A stretch of DNA of 64,000 nucleotides from Oligoflexales bacterium (GCA_041736175.1 JBGSUI010000217.1:51565-115564); one strand, 5' to 3'. Numbered from the stretch's first letter, positions 50,101-60,341 are shown. The notes: a model not told the origin generated them from the sequence alone. Program-made: numbers and translations.

Positions 50101-50414
50101 AAAAGTTAAAGCTAACCCCTACAGGTGATTTAAGGGTTAAGATCGCAGCCCTTAGCGATCCCACGGTCCCCGATGCCGACGATTTTCTTTTAGGCGACAA
50201 GGACGAATGGCGCACGCTGCTTGTCACGGGAAACGATATCTTTGAAAATCTCACCGACGTGGCCTTAAATCCTGGTGAGGTCAAAAGGGTCGAACTCACT
50301 AAGGGTCCGACTCCCGGAAATCTCCTCGTCTATCTTCCCTACAATCCGGTTTCCTGGTCACCCACGGCCAAGGACCAGCAATCACTGGTCGTTGTCCCCA
50401 CCTATCAAAACTAG
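47169..50414 (+). CDS. S8 subtilase with PA domain (Vpr-like), lipoprotein
   Basis: VIDTGID, HGTHVAG and GTSMAAPH catalytic triad, PA insert (RGEVAFAEK...AGA) and lipobox LMGC. Confidence 0.93.
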   Translation: MKPIFMATTKGINRVTLILTGFSLLMGCQPKTKLSDGESSVEAISNRPQSYDRVMATLKLSTPSLLQAAYKDPVTGQINIKPALKEQIEQEQASAIGDLATLSPEIKVLYRYRMVLNGLTIVAPKYLESKILGLPGLAYVENSGNFERLVTSTRFTGPSDASTNDSIADKNSASFIGAYKIRDTLKAIGSDGQEIPLDGRGMRVGVIDTGIDYTHSMLGGAGTVDAYHGQNKDSIDDGGFPNLKVVGGYDFVGSTFNSAAPNFDQHIPRPDQDPIDEGGHGTHVAGSIAGIGNGVDSYNGVAAGASLFALKVFGANGSTNDGAVIAALEYAADPDSNLDPSDRLDVINMSLGSGYGTPHVLYNEAIRNLTRGDVVVVASAGNSGEKTNIVGAPSTSDDALSVAASIDDMSHNWQFRAVEFTTPSGVPLVTEAVESSVSKPISDIEPVSGPLVYLGTAATDFTEEQRQAVRGKVALMDRGEVAFAEKIKRAAEAGAIGIVVANNQPGEPFTMGGEGTFAVPAIMVSQSMGQEIRKGMLEGDVVINFVTTLRIQKPELIDTLTGFTSRGPRSIDGFLKPEIAAPGANIISAKMGGGAASVKLSGTSMAAPHMAGVMALLKQKHPKLTVHQLKSLAISTATTMKSKTGVPYPVAYAGAGRVQAFEAVTAPLVVEPATISLGEVYLDGQKSVKHTVKLTNISDQDISVTLEPALASGLSATIADSAGGGQHPIDLKPGASISVPITFLMTNRGLSPKNSELDGFINLKTTPKALPSISQKLPVLAVVNQVSRIKATELKVQASSADVATNALAHLTLENQSQSPGTAMLFNLIAEDPRQALTMGSSIRSRICDLESAGWRLTNGKDAGGFDQIFLEFGVKLYSPLTTWNLCEISIQIDSDGDGRADQELLGTSFNNISGNDAEIDQFSSALTDAYKMASIRRTYELQYPKVSAANYSDALVDKQPSAQFPHSTIAVVRADLQKLKLTPTGDLRVKIAALSDPTVPDADDFLLGDKDEWRTLLVTGNDIFENLTDVALNPGEVKRVELTKGPTPGNLLVYLPYNPVSWSPTAKDQQSLVVVPTYQN

Positions 50415-50490
50415 GGAGTAACAACCTAGGTAAAACCCAAATTTGGTCACATTTTTGGGAGAAAAGTTTCGTTTTGATACCATGGCCCCG

Positions 50491-50526
50491 ACCGATGTGA
50501 GCACCGAGTGATCACATCGGTTTTTT
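50491..50526 (+). terminator. Rho-independent terminator
   Basis: ACCGATGTGA...TCACATCGGT forms a perfect 10-bp stem followed by a T-run, 77 bp after the protease stop. Confidence 0.75.
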
Positions 50527-50642
50527 ATCCTCCAAAAATTCATCCTCTTATGGAAATCTCCACGAGCTTCGCGAGAAGATTTACTTGGCTTCCTTTTTGC
50601 ATGACTCTCTGACAGCGAACTTGCTCTTAGGAGACCACTGCA

Positions 50643-51041
50643 ATGCAAACAAAAATACTTATTTTAGATGATGATCCCCTGCTCACTCTCATGTACCGCG
50701 GCATCTTTGAGACGACTCCAAATTCCCTAGTGGACTTCGTCAACACTCCAGCTCAATTTTGGTCGCTGATTGGCAAAAATAATTTTGATTTAGTTTTTCT
50801 GGATATCGAACTCGGAGATTCCCATGAAGATGGTCTCAGCATTTTGGCTAAGCTGGGAAAGTTGAGACCAACCATTCCCGTAATCATGATGTCTAGTCGT
50901 GATGATTGCGAGACGGTGGGCCGCTGTCTCGAATTAGGGGCACGCACTTTTCAGCCCAAGAGTTCTGGATTTATATTTAAACTGAGAGAGTTAGTTGAAA
51001 ATCTGTCCCAGCACCACAACCATCTCCCTAAATCAGCTTAG
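50643..51041 (+). CDS. Single-domain response regulator (CheY-like)
   Basis: ILILDDD, VFLDI (phospho-Asp), IMMSS and PK motifs. Confidence 0.88.
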   Translation: MQTKILILDDDPLLTLMYRGIFETTPNSLVDFVNTPAQFWSLIGKNNFDLVFLDIELGDSHEDGLSILAKLGKLRPTIPVIMMSSRDDCETVGRCLELGARTFQPKSSGFIFKLRELVENLSQHHNHLPKSA

Positions 51042-51192
51042 TTGCCGGAGGCCCGCCCCACCCATTCACGCCTCTTTATATTATAAGATCCTGATCTATC
51101 AGTAGGTTAGGATCTCCTTGAAAAATAGAAAATTTATTCAATTGCTATTCATTTAGAGTTTTCTCATAATTGGATCATACATGATCCTTTGA

Positions 51193-51885
51193 ATGAGGTG
51201 CTTTTTGAAAAACTACGGAGCCGAGTTTATCGGGACTTTTTGGTTGGTTCTTGGCGGTTGTGGAAGTGCCGTCCTTGCGGCAGCATTTCCTGGGGTCGGA
51301 ATTGGGCTTTTGGGAGTTTCTTTAGCCTTTGGCCTTACGGTCGTGACCATGGCCTATGCCATAGGCCCGATTTCTGGATGCCACCTTAATCCAGCAGTCT
51401 CTGTGGGTCTCACTGTGGCAGGCAGGTTTCCGGCCAAAGACCTTGTCCCCTATATCGTCGCCCAGGTGTTAGGCGGGCTTGCTGGTGCTGGGATTCTTTA
51501 TCTGATCGCCTCAGGTAAAGCTGATTTTAGCCTGGCAGGTGGATTTGCCTCCAATGGCTATGGTGAGCATTCTCCCGGTGGTTATTCTTTAGTGGCAGCA
51601 TTGACGTCCGAAATCGTGATGACGCTGATCTTTCTTTTCGTTATCCTTGGTTCTACGGACCAACGGGCACCCCAGGGATTTGCCCCACTTGCTATAGGGT
51701 TGGCCTTAACTTTGATTCACCTTATCAGCATTCCGGTGACTAACACCTCTGTCAATCCGGCACGCAGTACGGCCGTTGCTCTTTTTGTGGGTGACTGGGC
51801 CCTTTCCCAACTTTGGCTCTTTTGGGTGGCTCCTATGGTGGGAGCGATTTTAGGAGCAGGAGCCTATCGCGCCATCACTAAATAG
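51193..51885 (+). CDS. aqpZ: Aquaporin Z
   Basis: [27 protein letters not shown] and NTSVNPARS motifs. Confidence 0.96.
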   Translation: MRCFLKNYGAEFIGTFWLVLGGCGSAVLAAAFPGVGIGLLGVSLAFGLTVVTMAYAIGPISGCHLNPAVSVGLTVAGRFPAKDLVPYIVAQVLGGLAGAGILYLIASGKADFSLAGGFASNGYGEHSPGGYSLVAALTSEIVMTLIFLFVILGSTDQRAPQGFAPLAIGLALTLIHLISIPVTNTSVNPARSTAVALFVGDWALSQLWLFWVAPMVGAILGAGAYRAITK

Positions 51886-51893
51886 CATTTTTT

Positions 51894-53900
51894 CTACCAA
51901 AATCGATAGCTTTGAAAATAAAGTTCGTGACCAAACTGAATTTCCTGAGCCGTGAGGAGATGAGGAGCGTAGGCGGCTTTGGTAGAATACCGAAGCGACC
52001 TTGCTAGAAAATCCTCTTCCGCCCCTAACAGGGACCGTTTGCCGCTGAGATCGTGATGGATCCAGCGGGTTAGGCTATGGTTTTGGATCCATGGGCCAGG
52101 CGCAGGCGGGGCGATAATATTTGCGGCATACCTGGGCTCATCCACGGGGATACCGGCAAAATCGTGGATCTCGGTACTCAGGAGCGGAAATAAGCGGACA
52201 ACGTCGTTTTTTCGGTGGAACTTCACCATTTTGAGCATGGGGAGATGGGTCTTAAAGTTAGTGTCTAAACTATGTTCGGAGTTGAAATGGCTTAATGTCG
52301 CCTCAGCGAGACGGGCAAAACCGCGGTTTCCTACTTTGGGAGGATTGAATGCTGCTACCTGTACCAGATGAGATATCCCCTGCTGCGCTAGATAACTCGC
52401 AAGGTCGACTCCCGCCAATTGGGCCACCGCACCTCCTAAGGAGTGGCCACAGACTAAAAGATAAACCCGCTTTGCCTTAAAAGCCCCTACTTCTTCCCCT
52501 GAATCTGCGAGGGATGCCTCTATAGACTTTTGTACCAGGGGAGCATGAGATTTCCAAAGATTGGCAAAACCAAGCTGCACCGCGGGGCGGTTCCAATCAT
52601 ATAAACGGTCCCAAAAACTAGGCAGAGACACAAAAAGAGGGTTGAGATAGGGAGTAAAAAAAGTCGACTCTAGATTTGCTTTCATCGTCGTGATATCGAA
52701 TCGCGTCCCAGAGAGTCCGATGATCACCACTGCTGTGTCTTGGAGGTGACCGGACCAAACTTTCATAAATTCCGTGGAGTGATCCTGGCGCAGTTTAAAA
52801 ATTTGGCGCTTGCTGCCATTGACCATGGCGACAAGGTTTCCAACCTTTTGGGGTTTGGTTCTGTAGGCCGCTTGAGCGATGATTGCTTTACTTTGGGCGC
52901 TGAGCAGGGATGCTGCAAAGGCAGCCTCTCCTTCCAGTCCTGTGCTGGCGCCCGCCAACCACCTAAGCTCAGGATCGTCGAGCAGGATGTCTTGGGGAGA
53001 TAACCCCTCTCCGGCGCCCTCTCCTTTAGCGAGGAGATCTTGGTCCACAAGAGCCTGGCTTTGCTGTCTCAAGGCATTAAGATCCTCTTGAAACGCTTGC
53101 TGCAGGGCATTGGCTGTGGCTCCAGTCTTATAATCCTGAAACTGCGACAAGGTGACTTGCGAGTTTTGACCGATCTTTGCCTCAAAGCGGGCGAGCACTT
53201 CTTGATTTTTGATGGCAGCGACATTCAGTGATTGGCTTTTACTGAGTTGAGAGGATTGCCATTGGGTGATCCCAAATTTGCTGGTTGTCATGGGGGTCGT
53301 AGGAATTGAAAACTCACCAAGACTATTAAATCCAGCCAGTGTTCGGTCATCCTTTAAACTGCCCAGCAGCACCTCGAGTTTGGTCCGTGCTGCTCCTGTC
53401 GCCGACCTTGAGTCTCGTAACACCTCCAGACGGATTTGATCCAGGAGGGTATCGATTTGATCTTCCGCAAACCCGAGACCATTGAGACATTTTGGTAGCT
53501 GGCAGGGGCCGGTTTCATCCGAGATCAGATCCACCACCAAGGCTCGAAGCTGTGATCGGCGGATACCACCATTGGCAAGGATTTGCTGGTTCAAAAGATC
53601 ACGAAATTTTTTTTGTTTATCAGCCTCAGTTTTTGCCTTAAGGACGGCCTTGATTCCTTGGCGAAGATTTCGGCCTATCGTGTAAAGTTGGGATGGGGGT
53701 TTGGCCGCAGGTATCCCAATCCCTGACTCGAGACAATCGTTGTTATGAGCCGTGATTGCGGAGGACTCGCCCAGTGGAAAAGCTTTTCGGCAACCCCAGA
53801 GAATTAGGGTCGTAACTGCGACTAAGTACAGATAATTGATGGTTATGCTACGTCGAATCACCAAAACCTCGGATCTATAAGCAACAATTCCTAAGCGCAT
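51894..53900 (-). CDS. Lipase class 3 domain lipoprotein with a large N-terminal domain
   Basis: C-terminal SGT, GHSLGG, FNPPKVGN, DVV..FP and NHS motifs, with lipobox LWGC. Confidence 0.8.
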   Translation of the reverse strand: MRLGIVAYRSEVLVIRRSITINYLYLVAVTTLILWGCRKAFPLGESSAITAHNNDCLESGIGIPAAKPPSQLYTIGRNLRQGIKAVLKAKTEADKQKKFRDLLNQQILANGGIRRSQLRALVVDLISDETGPCQLPKCLNGLGFAEDQIDTLLDQIRLEVLRDSRSATGAARTKLEVLLGSLKDDRTLAGFNSLGEFSIPTTPMTTSKFGITQWQSSQLSKSQSLNVAAIKNQEVLARFEAKIGQNSQVTLSQFQDYKTGATANALQQAFQEDLNALRQQSQALVDQDLLAKGEGAGEGLSPQDILLDDPELRWLAGASTGLEGEAAFAASLLSAQSKAIIAQAAYRTKPQKVGNLVAMVNGSKRQIFKLRQDHSTEFMKVWSGHLQDTAVVIIGLSGTRFDITTMKANLESTFFTPYLNPLFVSLPSFWDRLYDWNRPAVQLGFANLWKSHAPLVQKSIEASLADSGEEVGAFKAKRVYLLVCGHSLGGAVAQLAGVDLASYLAQQGISHLVQVAAFNPPKVGNRGFARLAEATLSHFNSEHSLDTNFKTHLPMLKMVKFHRKNDVVRLFPLLSTEIHDFAGIPVDEPRYAANIIAPPAPGPWIQNHSLTRWIHHDLSGKRSLLGAEEDFLARSLRYSTKAAYAPHLLTAQEIQFGHELYFQSYRFW

Positions 53901-54088
53901 CCATACGATGCAAATTGCATGCTCATAGAAAGCTCCGCTCCCCTAGGTCATTCGCCCCTTACATCGCCCTCATCCTCCATAAAGTCCGCGGCTTATAAAC
54001 TCTTGGCAAGGCCATAGCCATAGGAAGACAAACTAATCCTGTAAAATTTCTAAACAGCTGATCATAGTTTTTGGTCTCTATATACCAT

Positions 54089-54919
54089 TTAAATGCCATC
54101 GCCATCGGTAAAACCCTGGGTCACAAAGTGTTGCTGCGTGATCCGGCTATGGGGGGCAACACTCTCTGTAATCCAAACATTTCCGCCGATCACCGATCCT
54201 TCGCCGATTTGGATACGACCTAAAATCGTTGCCCCCGCATAAACCGTCACTCGATCTCCAATCAACGGATGGCGGGGAATATGTTTCATCACACGACCAT
54301 CAGAATCCCGATGGATTTTTTTTGCGCCTAGGGTGACGCCTTGGTAGAGAGTCACATTGTTACCGATCTCGGTTGTTTCTCCGACGACGGTTCCTGACCC
54401 ATGGTCGATAAAGAAATGGGTGCCGATTTTGGCGCCTGGATGGATATCGATTCCGGTTTGCTGATGGACTTTCGAGCTGATAAGCCGCGGCAAGAGGGGG
54501 ATTTTTTGCTGCCAAAAGAGATGGGCGATGCGCTGCATCAGCACCGCGCGAAATCCCGGGTAGCATAGTAGCACTTCGTAGGGATCGTCCGTGGCTGGAT
54601 CGTTTTCCATTGCGGCGATAATATCAGTCCACGCGACTTCTTTCAGACCAATCATCTGATTGATAAACGTCATGGGTGATAGATCATCCCAATCGAATGT
54701 TGGGTAGATAGATTTTAGGTTTAGTATGATCTCCGCAAGACTTCCATAGAGATCTGCCTTAAACCCCACGCGGTCCTCCGCAAAGAGTCCTCCCAAAACA
54801 GACTCCTGCAATTGGGCGACCGAGGACTCTAGGACGTAGCGCACAGTGGCAAGGGAAGGTGAGACTTCAAAAAGCGAGGCTTCAAAATGCCCTGTTTGGT
54901 GTGTCTTTTCGGGTGTCAT
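54089..54919 (-). CDS. cysE: Serine O-acetyltransferase (EpsC/CysE type)
   Basis: NDPA..., YPG, GIDIHPGAKIG, IDHGSG, YQGVTLG and RHP motifs. Confidence 0.9.
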   Translation of the reverse strand: MTPEKTHQTGHFEASLFEVSPSLATVRYVLESSVAQLQESVLGGLFAEDRVGFKADLYGSLAEIILNLKSIYPTFDWDDLSPMTFINQMIGLKEVAWTDIIAAMENDPATDDPYEVLLCYPGFRAVLMQRIAHLFWQQKIPLLPRLISSKVHQQTGIDIHPGAKIGTHFFIDHGSGTVVGETTEIGNNVTLYQGVTLGAKKIHRDSDGRVMKHIPRHPLIGDRVTVYAGATILGRIQIGEGSVIGGNVWITESVAPHSRITQQHFVTQGFTDGDGI

Positions 54920-55116
54920 GATAGTCTCCGAGGGTCCTTGTGGACTCGATAGGTTCTTGACCTGCTTTATAGGTTGTATTTGACTTTTATAAATAAATCT
55001 ATTAGATAGGATATATATTTTAAGAATCCCCTCATTCCCATCATGAGGCGAAGAAGCGAAGAGGATTCGTAAGGCACCGAATCAGTAAGCAATCAGCAAA
55101 GTTGCAGGAGCACACG

Positions 55117-56541
55117 ATGCGCGTTTTGGTCGTAGATGACGACGAGACCCTACGATTTACCTTAAGAGGACTTTTAGAGGGCCAATCCCATGTGGTGGTT
55201 GAGGCCGCTGATGGTCTTGAAGCTGTTGAAAAAGTCTCCCACGATGGCCCTTTTGACGCCGTTCTCCTGGACGTCAATATGCCGAGGCTTTCGGGCCTCG
55301 AGGCACTCCAAAAAATCAAAGAAATATCGCCCTCTAGCTTTTGCCTGGTGCTAACCGCTTATTCTAATGTCAAGGACGCAGTCGCGGCGATCCGCCAGGG
55401 TGCCTTTGACTATATCGAAAAACCCATCGACCAAAATCGGCTCTTTAACGCCCTCAATTCCGCCCAAGAAGCTAATTCTCTTGTCCAACAAGCAAGTCTA
55501 TCAGCCCCCCAGCTTGAGTTTGACCAAGGACGTCGGATTATCGGCGGATCGAGCCAAATCCAGAAGGTTTTTGAAATCATCCACCGCCTAGCAAAGGTCG
55601 AAACCTCCGTCCTGATCCGCGGCGAAAGCGGCACGGGCAAAGAGCTTGTGGCCCGGGCGATTCATTTTAACTCCCACCGGATGAAGGGGCCTTTTGTCGC
55701 TGTAAACTGCGCTGCGATTCCCGAAAACCTGATTGAAAGCGAGCTCTTTGGTCATGAAAAAGGAGCCTTTACCGGGGCCGATCGCCGCAAGATAGGCAAG
55801 TTTCAATTCGCCGAGGGTGGGACTATTTTCCTCGATGAAATCGGCGATATAAGCCTGCAGATGCAAGTCAAGCTACTACGGGTCTTACAAGAAAAAATCT
55901 TAACCCCCGTGGGCAGCAATCAAGAGATTAAGATCGATGTGCGAGTCCTTGCCGCCACCAACAGACCGCTGGAAAAGATGATCGACCAGGATCAATTTCG
56001 GGCCGACCTGTTTTACCGGCTTAATGTGATGCCTATCACTTTGCCTCCATTGCGGGACAGGCGTGAGGACATCACGGTCTTAAGCATGTTTATGGTTCAA
56101 AAGTTCAATAAAATCCACCAACGCACCATTCTTGGATTTGAGAAAAAGGCCCTCGCCGCCCTAAAACTCTATGGATGGCCTGGGAATATCAGAGAGTTGG
56201 AAAATGTCGTCGAACATGCTTTTATTATTGAGACCACTGACATGATTCGGGTGGATGCATTGCCCGAGACTCTGCAAATTCTTGTAGAAAAACGGACGTC
56301 TAAAGACCAGTGTGAACCTCTTGGGACTCCACAAGAATCTGATTTGCTTAGCCACGTGGCTGATCTCAACTACCCCATGCTTAAAGAGCGTTTTGAAAAA
56401 GAGTTTCTGATGCGGGCCCTCAAAGCCTTTGATGGTAGGATCAACCAAACAGCAGAACATACCCAGATGACAAAAGTGACGCTCCTACGCAAACTAGAAA
56501 AATATGGGATCGATCCTCGAACCTATCGATCAAACGACTAG
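55117..56541 (+). CDS. Sigma-54-dependent NtrC-family response regulator
   Basis: REC domain, GESGTGKE, GAFTGA, FRADLFYRL, WPGNIREL and a Fis-type HTH. Confidence 0.95.
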   Translation: MRVLVVDDDETLRFTLRGLLEGQSHVVVEAADGLEAVEKVSHDGPFDAVLLDVNMPRLSGLEALQKIKEISPSSFCLVLTAYSNVKDAVAAIRQGAFDYIEKPIDQNRLFNALNSAQEANSLVQQASLSAPQLEFDQGRRIIGGSSQIQKVFEIIHRLAKVETSVLIRGESGTGKELVARAIHFNSHRMKGPFVAVNCAAIPENLIESELFGHEKGAFTGADRRKIGKFQFAEGGTIFLDEIGDISLQMQVKLLRVLQEKILTPVGSNQEIKIDVRVLAATNRPLEKMIDQDQFRADLFYRLNVMPITLPPLRDRREDITVLSMFMVQKFNKIHQRTILGFEKKALAALKLYGWPGNIRELENVVEHAFIIETTDMIRVDALPETLQILVEKRTSKDQCEPLGTPQESDLLSHVADLNYPMLKERFEKEFLMRALKAFDGRINQTAEHTQMTKVTLLRKLEKYGIDPRTYRSND

Positions 56542-56571
56542 CCACCTCCGCACTCTTTCAAGTCACTCTTC

Positions 56572-57522
56572 CTACTTGAGGCTGATAGCTCTGGGACCAA
56601 TATGACTCTCTGACGCCTGGCTGCCTGACGGCTGGCTCCCAGATGCTTGGCTTCCTAGGAGTTGATTGATCCGGTTGCGGGTATGATCCAAATCCTTTAA
56701 GAGTGATTCCAGGTGGGCTTTAGAGAGTTTGTCACCCAAATCATCATCAGGATCTGAGGGCTTAGCTGCTGCTAGTTCCTCTTGCATCTCTTCCATCCCT
56801 TTCATGATCACGCCTATAAACAAGTTTAAGATAATCATCGTGCCGACAATGATGAATGTTATAAAAAAAGTGGGGGCTAGAATCGGCGATTGGCTCGGAG
56901 CAGTACACATGTCCTTTAAAGCATCTTCATAGCCCATTTTATCGCAACCCAAGATCTGAATTTGCATGATATCGGCCCACCCTTCCATGGTGACAACCTG
57001 AAAGAGGGATATAAACGAAGTTTGAAGGTTGCCAAAATGAAAGGGATCATTGCTGCCAAAAAATGTGGTCGCCATCACGGATGTAATATAAAAATAAATT
57101 CCTAACAACAGCCCTATATAACCGATCGATGGAATCGCTTTAAGCAGGGCTCCCACGATCATCTGCAGTCTCGGTATGGCTGTGATCAATTTTAAAACCC
57201 TTAAAATCCGAATTAACCGTAGGACTGCAACAAACTGTGCGTCGATGGGCACAAAACAAATTGCCACGATGAAAAAATCAAAAACATTCCAAGGATCTTT
57301 AAAATAATTTTTGACATGGGGCATCTCAGCACCTAGTTTCACTACGATCTCAAATGTGAAAAACGCGAGGATCACTTTATCAAAAATATGAAATAAACTC
57401 GAGTATTGATGGGACATAGAAGGATAAGTTTCTAATCCAACCAAAACGGCTGCTACAAAAATAACCCCCACCATCGTCCGATTGAATATTGGTGACTGAG
57501 CGATAGCTTTGAGTTTTTCCAC
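56572..57522 (-). CDS. Prokaryotic voltage-gated cation channel (6TM), selectivity filter TMEGWAD
   Basis: WNVFDF, S4 LRLIRILRVLKL, FQVVTMEGWAD, LNLFIGVI and a C-terminal coiled coil. Confidence 0.92.
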   Translation of the reverse strand: MEKLKAIAQSPIFNRTMVGVIFVAAVLVGLETYPSMSHQYSSLFHIFDKVILAFFTFEIVVKLGAEMPHVKNYFKDPWNVFDFFIVAICFVPIDAQFVAVLRLIRILRVLKLITAIPRLQMIVGALLKAIPSIGYIGLLLGIYFYITSVMATTFFGSNDPFHFGNLQTSFISLFQVVTMEGWADIMQIQILGCDKMGYEDALKDMCTAPSQSPILAPTFFITFIIVGTMIILNLFIGVIMKGMEEMQEELAAAKPSDPDDDLGDKLSKAHLESLLKDLDHTRNRINQLLGSQASGSQPSGSQASESHIGPRAISLK

Positions 57523-57690
57523 AATTATACTCCTAATTTTAAATTAAATTCCCGATCCCTCTAGACCTATCGTCATAGAATCGGTGCAAAATGAGACTCG
57601 ATAAAAAAATTTTAAGTATAATAGGCCGCTCCGACTTGGTAAACTGAAAAAGATTCAAGACTTTTGAGTTTAATTGGTGATGGAGCCTTT

Positions 57691-60303
57691 ATGGAACCGA
57701 CATCTTCCCCCAAATCCGAGGTTCAGATTTCAGTCCCGCTATCGGCAGGCGGGAGTTCATCAAACCCTCAGGAGACCTTTGAATCCATGCTTGTTTGGGC
57801 CCGCCTCCTCCGGGTTGGGAAAGATCTTAGGATCGATAGTCAGTCCCTCGATTCGATCGAGTCGAGCATGTTAGAGGCCCTCGGAATGGAACCCGGTCCT
57901 GCAGCGGTTGTGCAACCAAAGCCCCCCCTTGATCCCGCTTTGCAGGCCGAAAATGCCTTAGAACAGAAACTCCGGCATCTTATTGAAGCCTCAGCCCCGT
58001 GGGAGTCTTTGAAACCAGTCTTGCTAAAACTGATCCAAGGGACAGCCTCTCCACAGATGGCCGCACGCTGCTGCGAGGTTGCACTGATCCATGGCCCCCC
58101 TGAGACCCACATCAACCAAGAAAGATTAGCCGAAATTCACCTAGAAGTGATCGCTTCAGCCTATGGAAGACATCCCTCCTTTTATCTCTTGATCCACCAA
58201 GCCCTTCGCTTGAAACTCGTCCTCCAAAACTTTCGCAGCCATCATAGTAAGGTGCTCGACCAAATCCTGGTCCATTTCAAGGACCATGACAGTCTCACGC
58301 CCCTTGAGAGGCTTTATCTTTTTATCTACCTATCTGAAGGCAACGACACGGTTTCAGCCTATATGTACTTTAAGAGGTACCAAAAACATATCCTACAGAG
58401 TGCCAAAACCTATCAGGATCAAACCGGGATCCTCTATGCCCAGGTGCTCTTAACGGGAGGGAAGCTCGCCCTAAAACTCGGCTATATCCAGGAATCCAGA
58501 GAAACTCTCGCATTGATCGACGAACATGGCGTCGAATACGAAACAGCCCTGCGACTCCTGCTCGATCATCGGTTTCTACAACCTTCCAATGAACCCAGTT
58601 ATCTCGAACAAATCATCGCAGCTTCTACGGTCGATGCAAGGCTTAGCTGTTTGCAATCCTTTTTTGACAGTACGCGGCGATTAGGTGGATTCCAGGATCG
58701 CCATCGCCCAGAACTAAACGATCTATTGATGGCACCGTTTGATTGGATGGGCGACGATGTGACGGCTTGGGCAAAAGTATCAAAACTCCTCGTAGCAAAC
58801 AGCGATCTTGAAAATCTACTCCCCAACCTTTACCAAGTCTTCCGGGACAACGCCTTGCAATTTCATCGGCCAGACCTAGACCACGCTCTGTGGGAAGGTC
58901 CCCGCCAAAGCCTGCAAGAGACTCATCGCGACCGTTATTGGCGCGGTGTGGGGCTGCTCCACTTCTATCTCACCGAGGGCCCCCAAGAAGAAAATTTTTT
59001 GTGGCAAGCCAAAACCCTGGTGGAAGAGTCCCTTAAAAACTGGCATCACTCACACCTACTGTTGCCAGGAAACACGCTGATCAACCTCCCCTTTGAGTGG
59101 AAGGAACTGCACAAGTATGGGTACTCCTACACTGCAAAAAACAACCTCATCCTCGAAGTCGATCGTATGCGCATGCTGGTGCAGCTACGGATCTGCCAGA
59201 ACCAGCAGATTGTGACGATCAAAGATATTGAAAGCTATCTGGCTTTGCCGTTTTCTTCCCAAAACCGAGGCACCTCTCCCGAAATTTTTACACGCCTTTT
59301 ATCCATGGCGCGCCAACACCCCCAGCTAGAACACCAAATCCTCCTTCGACGTGCCGCCCTAACCCACCTCACTAACCAAGATTTAGACCGCCTCTGGCAC
59401 CTCGGCCAAAAAACCTCGGATTCTGATCTTAGTTGGCGCTGTGCAACGCTGATCAAGTGCCGCGGCTCCCTCAGTAAACAGGTGCTCTATGCTTGGAATA
59501 TTTCGGGAGAGAAAAGATCCCACTACCCCATCATGATCCCCAGCAAGGCTATGGTGCTCGGCAGTATTAAAGACCTTTCCCCCTCAGCCCACCGTTTCCT
59601 CCATGCCCTCCTCGTCGTGGGTCCACGGCTCCCTGAACTCCTGCATATTTTAGATGCAGCATCCACAACAACACGTCCAAAGTCCTATCCCTCCGGGAGT
59701 CCTGAGCATAAAATTAAACAACTCCTAGCAAAAATCCCTTGGCTGCCCCAGCCTGGCAAAAAGTATATCTACCATGATGGACGATCAAATCTCGACCGCC
59801 TTGTACCCCCCTTTGCAAACCTTTTACCGACAAACCCCTGGAGCATGACCTTCAACTACGTCTGTGAGTCTCTTGGCATCTATGCGTGGAATTGGTCTTT
59901 AAAAGATTTAGGGCATCGTATGTCTTTAGTGGTGGCTCGGATTGCGAGCCGCCAAGGACTTCAAAAGCAGCCATTGCGGGTCACAAAATGGCTTAGGGCC
60001 TTGACTCCCGAAGAGCGTACGGCTTGGCAAGACTTAGCTTCCCTTGCGCGGATAATATCTGATGATGAATGCGTCGAAGCCTTGGGCTTTGGCATCTGTC
60101 GCTGGACGATGATAATCCTCCAAAATCATGCTCAAGGGATCGAAAGCCTTATGCAGATGCGTGCTCCTGCGGCGATGATCTGGGACTTAGAACAATTTGT
60201 TTTAGGAGAGTTTTATGGCGAAATTCGCTCGATCATGAAAACTCGCAGCAAAATTATGATTCCAGCAGCTTTACAGCAGTTGCAGTCGATAATACAGTCG
60301 TAG
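57691..60303 (+). CDS. Large hypothetical alpha-helical protein
   Basis: 870-aa ORF with a GGAG RBS and no recognisable motif. Confidence 0.7.
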   Translation: MEPTSSPKSEVQISVPLSAGGSSSNPQETFESMLVWARLLRVGKDLRIDSQSLDSIESSMLEALGMEPGPAAVVQPKPPLDPALQAENALEQKLRHLIEASAPWESLKPVLLKLIQGTASPQMAARCCEVALIHGPPETHINQERLAEIHLEVIASAYGRHPSFYLLIHQALRLKLVLQNFRSHHSKVLDQILVHFKDHDSLTPLERLYLFIYLSEGNDTVSAYMYFKRYQKHILQSAKTYQDQTGILYAQVLLTGGKLALKLGYIQESRETLALIDEHGVEYETALRLLLDHRFLQPSNEPSYLEQIIAASTVDARLSCLQSFFDSTRRLGGFQDRHRPELNDLLMAPFDWMGDDVTAWAKVSKLLVANSDLENLLPNLYQVFRDNALQFHRPDLDHALWEGPRQSLQETHRDRYWRGVGLLHFYLTEGPQEENFLWQAKTLVEESLKNWHHSHLLLPGNTLINLPFEWKELHKYGYSYTAKNNLILEVDRMRMLVQLRICQNQQIVTIKDIESYLALPFSSQNRGTSPEIFTRLLSMARQHPQLEHQILLRRAALTHLTNQDLDRLWHLGQKTSDSDLSWRCATLIKCRGSLSKQVLYAWNISGEKRSHYPIMIPSKAMVLGSIKDLSPSAHRFLHALLVVGPRLPELLHILDAASTTTRPKSYPSGSPEHKIKQLLAKIPWLPQPGKKYIYHDGRSNLDRLVPPFANLLPTNPWSMTFNYVCESLGIYAWNWSLKDLGHRMSLVVARIASRQGLQKQPLRVTKWLRALTPEERTAWQDLASLARIISDDECVEALGFGICRWTMIILQNHAQGIESLMQMRAPAAMIWDLEQFVLGEFYGEIRSIMKTRSKIMIPAALQQLQSIIQS

Positions 60304-60341
60304 GTATATGAGATCATCAACAACGACAAAAGGAGAAAAAA

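Noticed and set aside
53909..53924. Possible sigma-54 promoter GAGCATGCAATTTGCA before the lipase gene
   Set aside because: The invariant -24 GG is AG here, and the element is too close to the annotated start.
43338..57522. A functional link between the choline acyltransferase and the Cav-like channel (a neuron-like module)
   Set aside because: They are 11 kb apart on opposite strands with unrelated genes between them, and nothing suggests co-regulation.
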